Shown: in pieces, positions 28,413-37,498 of the stretch
Numbering within the stretch: the first letter of the stretch is position 1
Layout: each line of letters begins with the position of its first letter
From: Bacteroidales bacterium
Lineage (GTDB): Bacteria > Bacteroidota > Bacteroidia > Bacteroidales > CAIWKO01
Length of the DNA stretch: 44,610 nt
Direction of reading: 5' to 3'
Assembly (NCBI GenBank): GCA_035389045.1
Contig: DAOORA010000034.1
Location: 1-44,610, forward strand
The notes under the pieces: model-generated
Told to the model about the DNA's origin: nothing
Databases searched by the model: none
The model's input: only the letters and a program-made list of their open reading frames with translations
Position numbers and translations under genes: made by a program

Positions 28413-29702
28413 ATGATGAAATTTTTCATTTCTTTTGTTGCGATAGCTTATGTACTGATGGCACAGGTTTTTGCCCAGGGAAGTTATTTGATAAAACCCG
28501 AAAACGCAGATTGCAGCAAACCTCTTGAAATAAAGGATACTATTTTCGGGCCTACCAATGCTCCCGCCGGATATGGTTCTGTAATGGAGATATCGGGAAG
28601 CAAAACCAGCCTTTATACCTTTGAAAAAGAACACAATACCTGTTGGTATTTTTTTAAAGCAAAATATGATGCCCATCTCGAGATAGACATCATCCCGGTC
28701 AACATCAATGATGATTATGATTTTATCCTTTACAGGTATAACGGCAGGACCTTCTGTTCGGATGTGGCATCGGGAAATATCAAGCCGGTGCGGACCTGTA
28801 TTTCGCGCAATGACAAGAAGATAAAAAGCAGGACGGGCTTGTCGAAGCAGGCTTCGGAAGAATATATACATTCAGGGCCCGGACATTCGTTCAGTAAAAG
28901 CATCCGGGTTAAAAAAGGTGAAATATTTTACCTTGTGGTGGATAATGTTTATCCCAATGGCAGCGGTCATACCGTCATTCTTCATTATTCCGATATTAAA
29001 AAAACAGAGGATGTGGTAAAAACACAGAATAAAACCACTCAGAAAACAGTAACAAAGAATCCGAAAAACACCCCGCAAACTATTAAAATTGTTGATAAGG
29101 AAACCCGTCAGCCGGTGACAGCCAACCTAAAGGTCTATTACAAGAGCAAGCCTGATCTGCCACCTGCCGCTGCCGCCGATAGCGTTTCGTCATATGAATC
29201 AAAACTTGCCTTGTCAACATCGTTTATTATTAAAACCGAAGCAAATAATTATTTTGATGATGCCAAAGACTTTAAAACCAATGCAACAGGAGAAGCTGCG
29301 ACGGTGATCATCGAACTGAGCCGTATCAAACCCGGTCAGAATGTGGTGTTTGAGGATATCCTTTTTTATGGTAATTCGGATAAATTCCTCCCCGAATCCA
29401 AACCCTACCTCGAAATAATTGCCACCACCATGAAGCGAAACCCGGGGCTGAAAATTGAAATTCAGGGGCATGTGAATTGTCCGTCGATATGGCCTGAATG
29501 TGATGGCATGGAAGACTTTAATATGCGGCTGTCGGTCAGCCGGGCAGTGGCTGTTTATAATTACCTCAGCGATGCAGGAATTGGCGAACAACGAATGAGC
29601 ACTAAAGGTTTCGGCGCCTCAAAAATGGTTTTTCCGGACGCCCGCAGCGAAGATAAAATGAAAAAAAACCGGCGTGTTGAAATCCTGATCGTTTCTCTGT
29701 AG
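28413..29702 (+). CDS. OmpA-family protein with a Cys-containing N-terminal domain
   Basis: C-terminal IEIQGHVN...NMRLSVSRA.AV..YL...GFG...NRRVEI. Confidence 0.88.
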   Translation: MMKFFISFVAIAYVLMAQVFAQGSYLIKPENADCSKPLEIKDTIFGPTNAPAGYGSVMEISGSKTSLYTFEKEHNTCWYFFKAKYDAHLEIDIIPVNINDDYDFILYRYNGRTFCSDVASGNIKPVRTCISRNDKKIKSRTGLSKQASEEYIHSGPGHSFSKSIRVKKGEIFYLVVDNVYPNGSGHTVILHYSDIKKTEDVVKTQNKTTQKTVTKNPKNTPQTIKIVDKETRQPVTANLKVYYKSKPDLPPAAAADSVSSYESKLALSTSFIIKTEANNYFDDAKDFKTNATGEAATVIIELSRIKPGQNVVFEDILFYGNSDKFLPESKPYLEIIATTMKRNPGLKIEIQGHVNCPSIWPECDGMEDFNMRLSVSRAVAVYNYLSDAGIGEQRMSTKGFGASKMVFPDARSEDKMKKNRRVEILIVSL

Positions 29703-29944
29703 ACGCGTTCTATAAGGTATTGAAAACAAATATATTATCGCATAAAACATGAGTCCTTGCCGGTATATTTCCGATAACGATCCAAAATATTGTCATGTCA
29801 TAAAAAAATCCGACCTTTGCATGTTTTTTTATGATCAGGTACTGGCGTTGAATAAGGTTTTTGATGGTTAATCCAAATACCGGCGGTATAAACACCGGTT
29901 TATGAAAAAATACATTCAATGGCCTGCCTCAAAATATTTCTCTT

Positions 29945-31441
29945 ATGAGAAATCATCCTGTAAAAGTCCTCTTCATTATTCTCTTCAGCGAAATTTTGCT
30001 TGTCGGGTATTCCTTTTTTTATTTTTCAACGGCAAATCCTTTTATAAAAGAACACATCCGTTTTTACACCCCCGCATCGCTTTTGGATTTTTCGGAAGCC
30101 GGAGAAAACGTGCTTGCCGACAGCATGCTGCAGAATTATCTTGCCAATACGGTCAGTGATGAATTAATACTGAAGCGGACAAACCTGTCAAAGATCGGCC
30201 CAAAAAAACAGAATGTGTTTCTGATCAACCCGGAAATTGCATCTCAGGATGGCCGGCCCTGCAGCAAAGCCCTTGACAATTTTTTCAGGGCGCTGCTCGA
30301 AGAAAAAGATACTGCAGTTGTACGCATTGCACATTACGGTGATTCACAACTCGAAGGCGACCGTATGTCTTGTGTTGTCCGTGATAAGTTTCACGAAAAA
30401 TTTGGCGGCTCCGGGGTAGGTTATATCCCGTTTCAGGATATTCCCCCTGTAAGCTATATCAGAAAAAGCAGCGGCAACTGGGCAAAGAACACCGTATTTC
30501 ACAACAGGAGCCGTGATCATAATTATGGACTTTCGGGAACCAAATGCAGATTTCACAAATATGCAGTCCGGCAAAATGATGAAGCTGCGCAGGGTGATTC
30601 GGCTGTTTCCGGAGACACCCTGCCTGAAATGCCGCGCATGGTGTACCGTAATGCCAGTGTGTCTTTAAAAATGGGCAGCAAATATAACTACAACACCATC
30701 TCTTTTCTTTACGGACGAAATGAAGGAACGTGTATCGTGAATCTTTACAATACCCTTACCGATGATATGATCAAAAGCGATACCCTGTTACCTTGCAACA
30801 CAGTGTGCCTGCATAAGTTACAGCTTGGCGCTTTTTTGAACATAAAAATTGAATTTGTTGCCGATGAAAGCCCTGATTTTTATGGCATGTATTTCGACAG
30901 CAACAACGGTGTGCAGGTTGACAATTATGCCATCCGCGGTCATTCGGGCGATGGACTTCTGCTGCTCAGCGACGATCAGTTAAGGCAAATGCTTAAACTC
31001 ACCAATACCAAGCTTGTCATTTTCCAGTATGGCGCTAATGTGGTTCCTTATATACATTCTGAAAAAGTTTGTGAGGCCATAGGAGATATATATTACCGGC
31101 TGTTCCTGAAATTTAAGGCCGCAGCCCCGGACATCAGTATCCTGGTGATCGGCGCCGGCGATATGGCCAGCGGCGGTGAGGGAGGGTATGCCTCCTATAA
31201 ATGGCTGCCCAGGATCAATGAAATGCAGAAAAATACCGCACTGAAGGCGGGGTGTGCTTACTGGGATCTTTTTAACATGATGGGCGGAGCCAATTCAATA
31301 CTGGTCTGGGCAAAAAAAAATCTTGCCGTAACCAACGGACATTTTTCTGCCAAAGGACAAAACCTGGTAGCCAATGAGATCGTCGAAGCGCTTATGATAG
31401 AGTACAATAACTATATTCACCGGAACAAAATCATAAACTGA
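29945..31441 (+). CDS. Membrane-anchored SGNH/GDSL-family protein (PatB/AlgJ-like O-acyltransferase component)
   Basis: HYGDSQ, RGHSG, QYGAN and TNGH blocks; N-terminal TM helix. Confidence 0.75.
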   Translation: MRNHPVKVLFIILFSEILLVGYSFFYFSTANPFIKEHIRFYTPASLLDFSEAGENVLADSMLQNYLANTVSDELILKRTNLSKIGPKKQNVFLINPEIASQDGRPCSKALDNFFRALLEEKDTAVVRIAHYGDSQLEGDRMSCVVRDKFHEKFGGSGVGYIPFQDIPPVSYIRKSSGNWAKNTVFHNRSRDHNYGLSGTKCRFHKYAVRQNDEAAQGDSAVSGDTLPEMPRMVYRNASVSLKMGSKYNYNTISFLYGRNEGTCIVNLYNTLTDDMIKSDTLLPCNTVCLHKLQLGAFLNIKIEFVADESPDFYGMYFDSNNGVQVDNYAIRGHSGDGLLLLSDDQLRQMLKLTNTKLVIFQYGANVVPYIHSEKVCEAIGDIYYRLFLKFKAAAPDISILVIGAGDMASGGEGGYASYKWLPRINEMQKNTALKAGCAYWDLFNMMGGANSILVWAKKNLAVTNGHFSAKGQNLVANEIVEALMIEYNNYIHRNKIIN

Positions 31442-33297
31442 TGAAAATTCGCACCGGAAAAAATTTTTGGTTGATTTTTGTCCTGCCGGCGATGTTGGTG
31501 CTGATTGCTTCACGCCCTTTCAGAGATAACGAATCGCCGGCTAAAATTAAAAACCACCCTGTCTTTAATTCCCGGTATATTGATTCGTTAATAAAATATC
31601 GCACCTATTACCCGTTTATCCGTTATGAAAGAAATTTTATTGAATGGCATAATGATGCGGCTGTCGGTGGTTTTTTTCAAAAAATTTCCATGACCGGCAC
31701 ACGGAAACTGAAAATTCTTCATATCGGCGATTCTCATATACAGGCGGATATACCGTCGGGTTACATCCGGGAGCGGTTGCAGGAGATCATGGGATATGGA
31801 GGCAGAGGCCTTGTTTTTCCATATAAAGCGGCTGCCACCCATGCGGCCTATGACTACAAAACCAGTTGTACGGGAAACTGGAGCTATTCAAGGAGCATAC
31901 AGCGCGATGCAGCTTATGAGATGGGCCTTATCGGTGCAACCATATTTACCGGCGACAGCGCTGCATCATTCAGGATTGCGTTTCGCGAAGGGTTTATCCG
32001 CGACAACTTTACCGTCATCAAGATCTATTGCAAACAGGATTCCCTGAGCTTTGATATAAAAGTAAAAACCAATTCCGAAACCCATCCTGTTCATATTGAT
32101 TGCAATGATTATTCATCTGCCAGGCCGTATGTAACTTTTCAGATGCCGAGAGCGGCAGACACCCTCGAAGTTTTTGTCAATAAAACAGAAAAAAAACAGA
32201 ACTTTTTCGAATGTTACGGGCTGATGGTCGAAAGTAAAGACGATAACGGGGTTTTATATTGCAGTACCGGTATAAATGGTGCGGGATACCGGAGTTTATT
32301 ACGCCAGCAGATGTTTGGCCGGCAACTGGCGGAATTTGAACCTGACCTGGTTATCATTGATTTTGGTGCTAACGATTTTTACCGCGGCACATACAACGAC
32401 AAAGAAATGGAAACAAACCTGGTGAAAATCATTGATATCATTCAGAATGCCGCGCCGGGAGCCTCCATACTCATATCGAATGCCCAGGACATCTATGCAC
32501 GCAAAAAATACAATGTACCACAGTGCAAAGATTTTATGGAAATGACACGCAGGGTGGCAAAATACCGGAACTGTGCTTTTTATAATTATTATACAGTCAG
32601 CGGGGGCAACCTATCCATGAGTAAATGGCTGAAATGCGGACTGGCAAGAAAAGACAGGGTGCATCTTTCAACGCCGGGATATTATATCAGGGGCGAACTG
32701 TATCTCAATGCCATGCTGAATTCCTATTCGTTATGGCTGCAAAACCAGCAGGACAGTCTTATTGCTGCCAACCACCAGATTGACACCGTAACATTGAAGA
32801 AATACTTCAATGAGCCAATAAGTTTTAAAACAGAAAATGCAAAAACGGAAACCCGTCCGGTGGCCTATAGCGATGAAGCGGCTGATTACGAAGGAAAAAA
32901 TGTTTTGTATTATAAAATCCGGAGTGGAGACAACCTGGGGAGTATTGCAGAACGTTACGGCGTGAAGGTGAGCCAGTTGCAATACTGGAATGGTTTGTCG
33001 GGAACAAAAATCATTGCCGGCGAAACCCTTGTAATTTATAAAGGCGCTTCGGAACAATCTCCGCCGGCACAACCTTCATCAAAACAGAATAATACGCCCG
33101 TACAGAACAAATCTGCAAACCTGCCTGCCGCCAATAGCAGGAGTGTCAGTACCCGAAAAACAGCTTATATTGTTGTCTCTGGCGACAACCTCTGGTCCAT
33201 TGCAAAGAAATACAAAACCACTGTGGACAAGATCAGGCAGGCCAACAAACTTAAATCGGACAAGCTCAGTATCGGGCAAAAACTATTAATACCTTAA
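31441..33297 (+). CDS. SGNH/GDSL protein with two C-terminal LysM domains
   Basis: HIGDSH, GINGA, FGAND, DRVH; LysM YKIRSGDNLGSIAERYGV and YIVVSGDNLWSIAKKY. Confidence 0.88.
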   Translation: MKIRTGKNFWLIFVLPAMLVLIASRPFRDNESPAKIKNHPVFNSRYIDSLIKYRTYYPFIRYERNFIEWHNDAAVGGFFQKISMTGTRKLKILHIGDSHIQADIPSGYIRERLQEIMGYGGRGLVFPYKAAATHAAYDYKTSCTGNWSYSRSIQRDAAYEMGLIGATIFTGDSAASFRIAFREGFIRDNFTVIKIYCKQDSLSFDIKVKTNSETHPVHIDCNDYSSARPYVTFQMPRAADTLEVFVNKTEKKQNFFECYGLMVESKDDNGVLYCSTGINGAGYRSLLRQQMFGRQLAEFEPDLVIIDFGANDFYRGTYNDKEMETNLVKIIDIIQNAAPGASILISNAQDIYARKKYNVPQCKDFMEMTRRVAKYRNCAFYNYYTVSGGNLSMSKWLKCGLARKDRVHLSTPGYYIRGELYLNAMLNSYSLWLQNQQDSLIAANHQIDTVTLKKYFNEPISFKTENAKTETRPVAYSDEAADYEGKNVLYYKIRSGDNLGSIAERYGVKVSQLQYWNGLSGTKIIAGETLVIYKGASEQSPPAQPSSKQNNTPVQNKSANLPAANSRSVSTRKTAYIVVSGDNLWSIAKKYKTTVDKIRQANKLKSDKLSIGQKLLIP

Positions 33298-33304
33298 TCC
33301 TTCT

Positions 33305-34804
33305 ATGTTGTTCCATTTTCCGGTATACGATATTTTACAAAAACTACTGTACCACCAGGGTTCCCCGCTGGTCTTCCACTCGGTGCTTTTTGTCCTTCTG
33401 TTTTCGGTGTTTTACATGATTTATACCATCGTGTATAAAAAAATCTTCTGGCGTAATTTGTTATTGCTTTTGTTCAGCCTGTACTTCTATTATAAAATAA
33501 GCGGAGTCTATGTCATAATGCTGGTTTTAATAGCCAGCAGCGATTTTCTCCTTGGTAAAAGGATATTTGCCGGAAAATCCAAAAAAGTAAAAAGAAACCT
33601 GCTGCTGTTGTCGCTGTTTATTGATGTAGGACTTCTGCTTTTTTTCAAATACACCAACTTTTTTCTTAATATCTTTTTTAATATAACTTCAGGAGAGTCA
33701 TCACCTTTTGTGCTCGACCTGATAACCCCTATCGGCATCTCATATTTCATTTTCAAGACCATGTCTTATATCATAGATGTTTATAAGAAAAATATTGACC
33801 GGCCTGAAACAAATTATGTCAACTATCTGTTGTATGTTTCTTTCTTTCCGAATATCCTTTCAGGCCCGATACTCCGTTCAGGTGAACTCCTGCCCCAGTT
33901 CCGGAAGACTCTCGGTTTTGACAAGGAATTCGTCAGTAAGGCCATGTTACTTATCATGACCGGCCTTTTTAAAAAAATTGTGATTGCCGATGTCCTCGCT
34001 GTGAACCTTGTTGACAGGGTTTTTGATTCCTATGAATATTTTTCTTCCTTTGAATACCTGATGGCGGGGTATGGCTATCTGGTACAGTTGTATTTCGATT
34101 TTTCCGGTTATACCGACCTGGTTATCGGGATCGCCATGTTGCTGGGATTTACAAGTTCTCCCAACTTCAACAAACCTTTTCTGGCCCAAAATGTCACCGA
34201 GTTCTGGCGGCGCTGGCACCTCACCTTGTCCAACTGGCTGCGTGATTATATTTTTTCACCATTGTCCATAAAACTAAGGAACGGAGGAAAAGCAGGATTA
34301 CTTTTTTCGGTTTTTATCACCTTCCTGCTTTGCGGCCTTTGGCACGACGCCAACCTTACATTTGTTGTCTGGGGCGCCCTGCACGGCCTGATCATGGGAT
34401 GGGATATACTTACCCGCCGGGGACGGATGATCGTACAGAAAAAAATTAACAAGCCGTTTTATAAGGTGATAAGCATTTTTATTACTTTTAATGTGCTGAT
34501 GTTTACGTTTATTATTTTCCGCGCTCCTGATATTACGGTAGCCGCAACTATGCTGAAACAGATTTTTTCAGGCGTGGATTTTTCGCTGGCCCATCAATGG
34601 TTCGGAATATACAAATATCCTTTTATTATGTTGCTATTCGGGATATTGCTTCATTATACACCAGCCCGCTGGAATCAAAAAATAACCGGCCTGTTCAGCC
34701 GTCTTCACTGGAGCGTGCAAATCGTAACTGTTTTTATGGCTATAATTTTTATTTTTCAGTTTTATACCACCGCTGCCCTGCCCTTCCTGTATCTTGATTT
34801 TTAA
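33305..34804 (+). CDS. MBOAT family O-acyltransferase (AlgI/PatA/DltB-like)
   Basis: PIGISYFIF, FFP..SGPI.R, QLYFDFSGYTD, EFWRRWH.TLS.WLRDY, GLWH; C-terminal FLYLDF. Confidence 0.93.
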   Translation: MLFHFPVYDILQKLLYHQGSPLVFHSVLFVLLFSVFYMIYTIVYKKIFWRNLLLLLFSLYFYYKISGVYVIMLVLIASSDFLLGKRIFAGKSKKVKRNLLLLSLFIDVGLLLFFKYTNFFLNIFFNITSGESSPFVLDLITPIGISYFIFKTMSYIIDVYKKNIDRPETNYVNYLLYVSFFPNILSGPILRSGELLPQFRKTLGFDKEFVSKAMLLIMTGLFKKIVIADVLAVNLVDRVFDSYEYFSSFEYLMAGYGYLVQLYFDFSGYTDLVIGIAMLLGFTSSPNFNKPFLAQNVTEFWRRWHLTLSNWLRDYIFSPLSIKLRNGGKAGLLFSVFITFLLCGLWHDANLTFVVWGALHGLIMGWDILTRRGRMIVQKKINKPFYKVISIFITFNVLMFTFIIFRAPDITVAATMLKQIFSGVDFSLAHQWFGIYKYPFIMLLFGILLHYTPARWNQKITGLFSRLHWSVQIVTVFMAIIFIFQFYTTAALPFLYLDF

Positions 34805-34814
34805 AAAAAACCGT

Positions 34815-36440
34815 ATGACAGAATTTAAGATAACAAATGATCAGTTTAATATTGCGTATTACTGTACGCGGCACCAGTGTTTTTCGGGTAATGCACAAAA
34901 AACAGCCTTAAAATGGATAAGCCATAACGGGGAACGCAGGGAATATACTTTTGAGCAACTGGATGAAGAAAGCAACCGTTATGCCAATGTATTGCAGGAA
35001 ATAGGTATCCGCAAGGGAGACATTGTTTTTACTTTTTTACCCAAGATGCCAGAACAGTTCTTCGCATTTTTGGGCATATTGAAAATCCAGGCCGTTGCCG
35101 GAACACTTTTTTCCAATTTCGGAGAAGAGGCTTTGACCGACAGGCTGGGTGATTGCGGGGCAAAAGCCGTGATCACCAAAAAAAGCCTGCTGAAGAAACT
35201 GCTGCGATCATTGCCGTTCCTTGAAAAACTGGAGACGATCTTCGTTGTCGACGACATGGAGAACAACGAAAAAGTTGTAGGATTGCCGGCATTATTAGCA
35301 AAAGCTTCCGGTACTTTTGATATCCTTCCTACCGCTCCGGATACCCCCTCGGTATTGCATTATACTTCGGGGTCAACCGGAAAACCCAAAGGTGTGCAGC
35401 ATGTCCACAAAAGTTTACTTACGCAAAGTTATACTTCATTACATGTTTTAAATCTTAACGAAAAGGATTTATATTGGTGCACGGCCGATCAGGGCTGGGT
35501 TACAGGAACGTCCTACGGCATCATCGGACCCTGGAGCACCGGCGTAACACAACTGCATTATGGGGGAGCGTATAATGCAGAAATATGGATGCGTATCCTT
35601 GAAGATGAAAAAATCACCAAATGGTACACAGCGCCTACCGCATTGCGTATGTTAATGCGCGAAGACAAAAATCTGTTCAAAAAATTCACACTCCCTGATC
35701 TTGAATATATTTTCAGCGTAGGTGAACCGCTTAACCCGGAAATTAATACCTGGGCACAGCAAACCTTGAATAAAGAGGTCTATGACACCTGGTTTCAGAC
35801 AGAAACGGGAAGTATTATGATCTGCAATCGTCCCGGCATAAAAATCAAACCGGGTTCGATGGGCAAACCCATTGATATCATCAGTGCGGCAATCATTGCC
35901 GACAATGGCGAGCACTGCCGTACAGGCGAAACCGGACATCTTTGTATTAAAGTTCCCTGGGACTCAATGCTTATTAACTATCTGAATAATACCGATGCAT
36001 ATAATGCAAAAATCAAAAACGGATATTATTATACCGGCGACCTTGCCTTCAGGGATGATGAAGGGTATTATCATTTTGTAGGTCGCAATGATGATGTAAT
36101 AAACACGGCGGGACATCTTATCAGCCCCTTTGAAGTTGAAAGCACCCTGCTTGAGATACCCGAGATTGCTGAATCGGCAGTGATAGGCGCTCCTGATGAG
36201 CTGCTTTTCGAAAAAGTAGTGGCTTTTATACGGCTTAAAAACAATGTTACCTGGTCGGATGACCTGGAGCTGAAGATAAGGATATTCCTCTCCAACCGGC
36301 TGTCGTCCATTGCTACACCCCAGGATATCCGGATAATTGAGGAAATACCCAAAAACAAAAGCGGAAAAATAATGAGGCGGGTATTAAAAGCCTGGTATAA
36401 AGGCGAAGACCCGGGCGATATTTCAACTATAGAAATTTAA
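34815..36440 (+). CDS. Acetate-CoA ligase-like adenylate-forming enzyme
   Basis: YTSGSTGKPKG, CTADQGWVTGTSYG, GEPLNPE, DTW.QTETG, TGD, GR.DD, SGKIMRR. ATG 34815 is preferred over the upstream TTG. Confidence 0.88.
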   Translation: MTEFKITNDQFNIAYYCTRHQCFSGNAQKTALKWISHNGERREYTFEQLDEESNRYANVLQEIGIRKGDIVFTFLPKMPEQFFAFLGILKIQAVAGTLFSNFGEEALTDRLGDCGAKAVITKKSLLKKLLRSLPFLEKLETIFVVDDMENNEKVVGLPALLAKASGTFDILPTAPDTPSVLHYTSGSTGKPKGVQHVHKSLLTQSYTSLHVLNLNEKDLYWCTADQGWVTGTSYGIIGPWSTGVTQLHYGGAYNAEIWMRILEDEKITKWYTAPTALRMLMREDKNLFKKFTLPDLEYIFSVGEPLNPEINTWAQQTLNKEVYDTWFQTETGSIMICNRPGIKIKPGSMGKPIDIISAAIIADNGEHCRTGETGHLCIKVPWDSMLINYLNNTDAYNAKIKNGYYYTGDLAFRDDEGYYHFVGRNDDVINTAGHLISPFEVESTLLEIPEIAESAVIGAPDELLFEKVVAFIRLKNNVTWSDDLELKIRIFLSNRLSSIATPQDIRIIEEIPKNKSGKIMRRVLKAWYKGEDPGDISTIEI

Positions 36441-36452
36441 AAACAAATTATT

Positions 36453-36698
36453 ATGGATACGTTTGAAGAATTAAATGCCATTTTTTGTAAAGTGTTTTAT
36501 GATGATGATATAAAGATCACACGGGAAAGCACCTCGGATGATATCGACGGATGGGACTCGCTGTCGCACCTGAACCTCGTGGTTGCGGTAGAAAAACACT
36601 TTAATATAAAGTTCTCGGATGCCGAAATAGCCAAATGGAAAAATGTAGGCGAAATGTACGACTCGCTCGTATTGTTGATCCAGAATAAGAATCAGTAG
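36453..36698 (+). CDS. Acyl carrier protein
   Basis: Acidic 81-aa protein with phosphopantetheine site GWDSL, followed by VAVEKHFNIKF. Confidence 0.9.
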   Translation: MDTFEELNAIFCKVFYDDDIKITRESTSDDIDGWDSLSHLNLVVAVEKHFNIKFSDAEIAKWKNVGEMYDSLVLLIQNKNQ

Positions 36699-36731
36699 CA
36701 GGGATAATAAAAAAATACAGCAGAAAACACA

Positions 36732-37493
36732 CTATGGCATAACGAAAGAAATTTCGTCTATCCAGAATTTACTGCCAACCTGTCCTTTGCAGTTCATCAG
36801 GTCGTTGAAGCGGATATCGGCGCTGGAACATATAAGCAGTGTCAGGGTATCGGGTGTTTCCGTGCTGAAATAGGTAAACGGCAGGTCAATAGATGTGTAT
36901 GTGGTTACCGTATTTTTGTATACCTGCCGGGCTAAACCAATAGTATCACGTTTTCCGGCGCCTGAATTAAATTTTGATAGCAGAACCGAAACCAGGGCAG
37001 AATCACCTCCCACAGGCTCGTATTTGTAATATCCCTGAAACCTGAGGGGTTTTGCCGTATACGGTTTTCCTACCCGAATAGTCGCATTGGGGATGTCGAG
37101 GGAATCGGTGCCGACCAGGCCGGGGATAATAATAGGACTTCCCATGGGGCTGAAACTTCCTGTAACCAATAGTGCAGCATACGTTCCTGCATAGGAATCC
37201 GACGTGTTGAAGGTTGTTTTTGGCCCCGGGCCGCCGGCTTCAGTCGGCAGTGTATAAAGATAATTCAGTGTCCTGAGGTAATCACCTGCCGGTTCAAGGC
37301 ATTTAAAGCCGGAACCGTCGTCCCGGTTTACCCACTGATCGAAACATCCGCCCCTGATATTCAGTGTACAGAGCAGTTCTACCGGGGGTTCTTGCTCATA
37401 GTCATCAAGATATTTTCTGCACGAAGGCAATATGATAAAACATCCCGTAAGGATCAAAAATACAACAACAAAAAAATAAGGTGCTTTTTTCAT
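36732..37493 (-). CDS. PCMD-domain-like lipoprotein
   Basis: Lipobox LPSC; GGCFDQW; YAALLVT; GKPYTAKP..FQGYYKY.P; GSKFWIDEI. Confidence 0.65.
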   Translation of the reverse strand: MKKAPYFFVVVFLILTGCFIILPSCRKYLDDYEQEPPVELLCTLNIRGGCFDQWVNRDDGSGFKCLEPAGDYLRTLNYLYTLPTEAGGPGPKTTFNTSDSYAGTYAALLVTGSFSPMGSPIIIPGLVGTDSLDIPNATIRVGKPYTAKPLRFQGYYKYEPVGGDSALVSVLLSKFNSGAGKRDTIGLARQVYKNTVTTYTSIDLPFTYFSTETPDTLTLLICSSADIRFNDLMNCKGQVGSKFWIDEISFVMP

Positions 37494-37498
37494 TGATA

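Noticed and set aside
28410..29919. Antisense ORFs such as 28410-28871, 29214-29591 and 29710-29919, and similar short ORFs window-wide
   Set aside because: Most are shadows of well-supported genes on the opposite strand or frame; none shows independent coding signals.
34794..34814. TTG start of the ligase overlapping the MBOAT
   Set aside because: ATG 34815, after an A-rich spacer, is more plausible.
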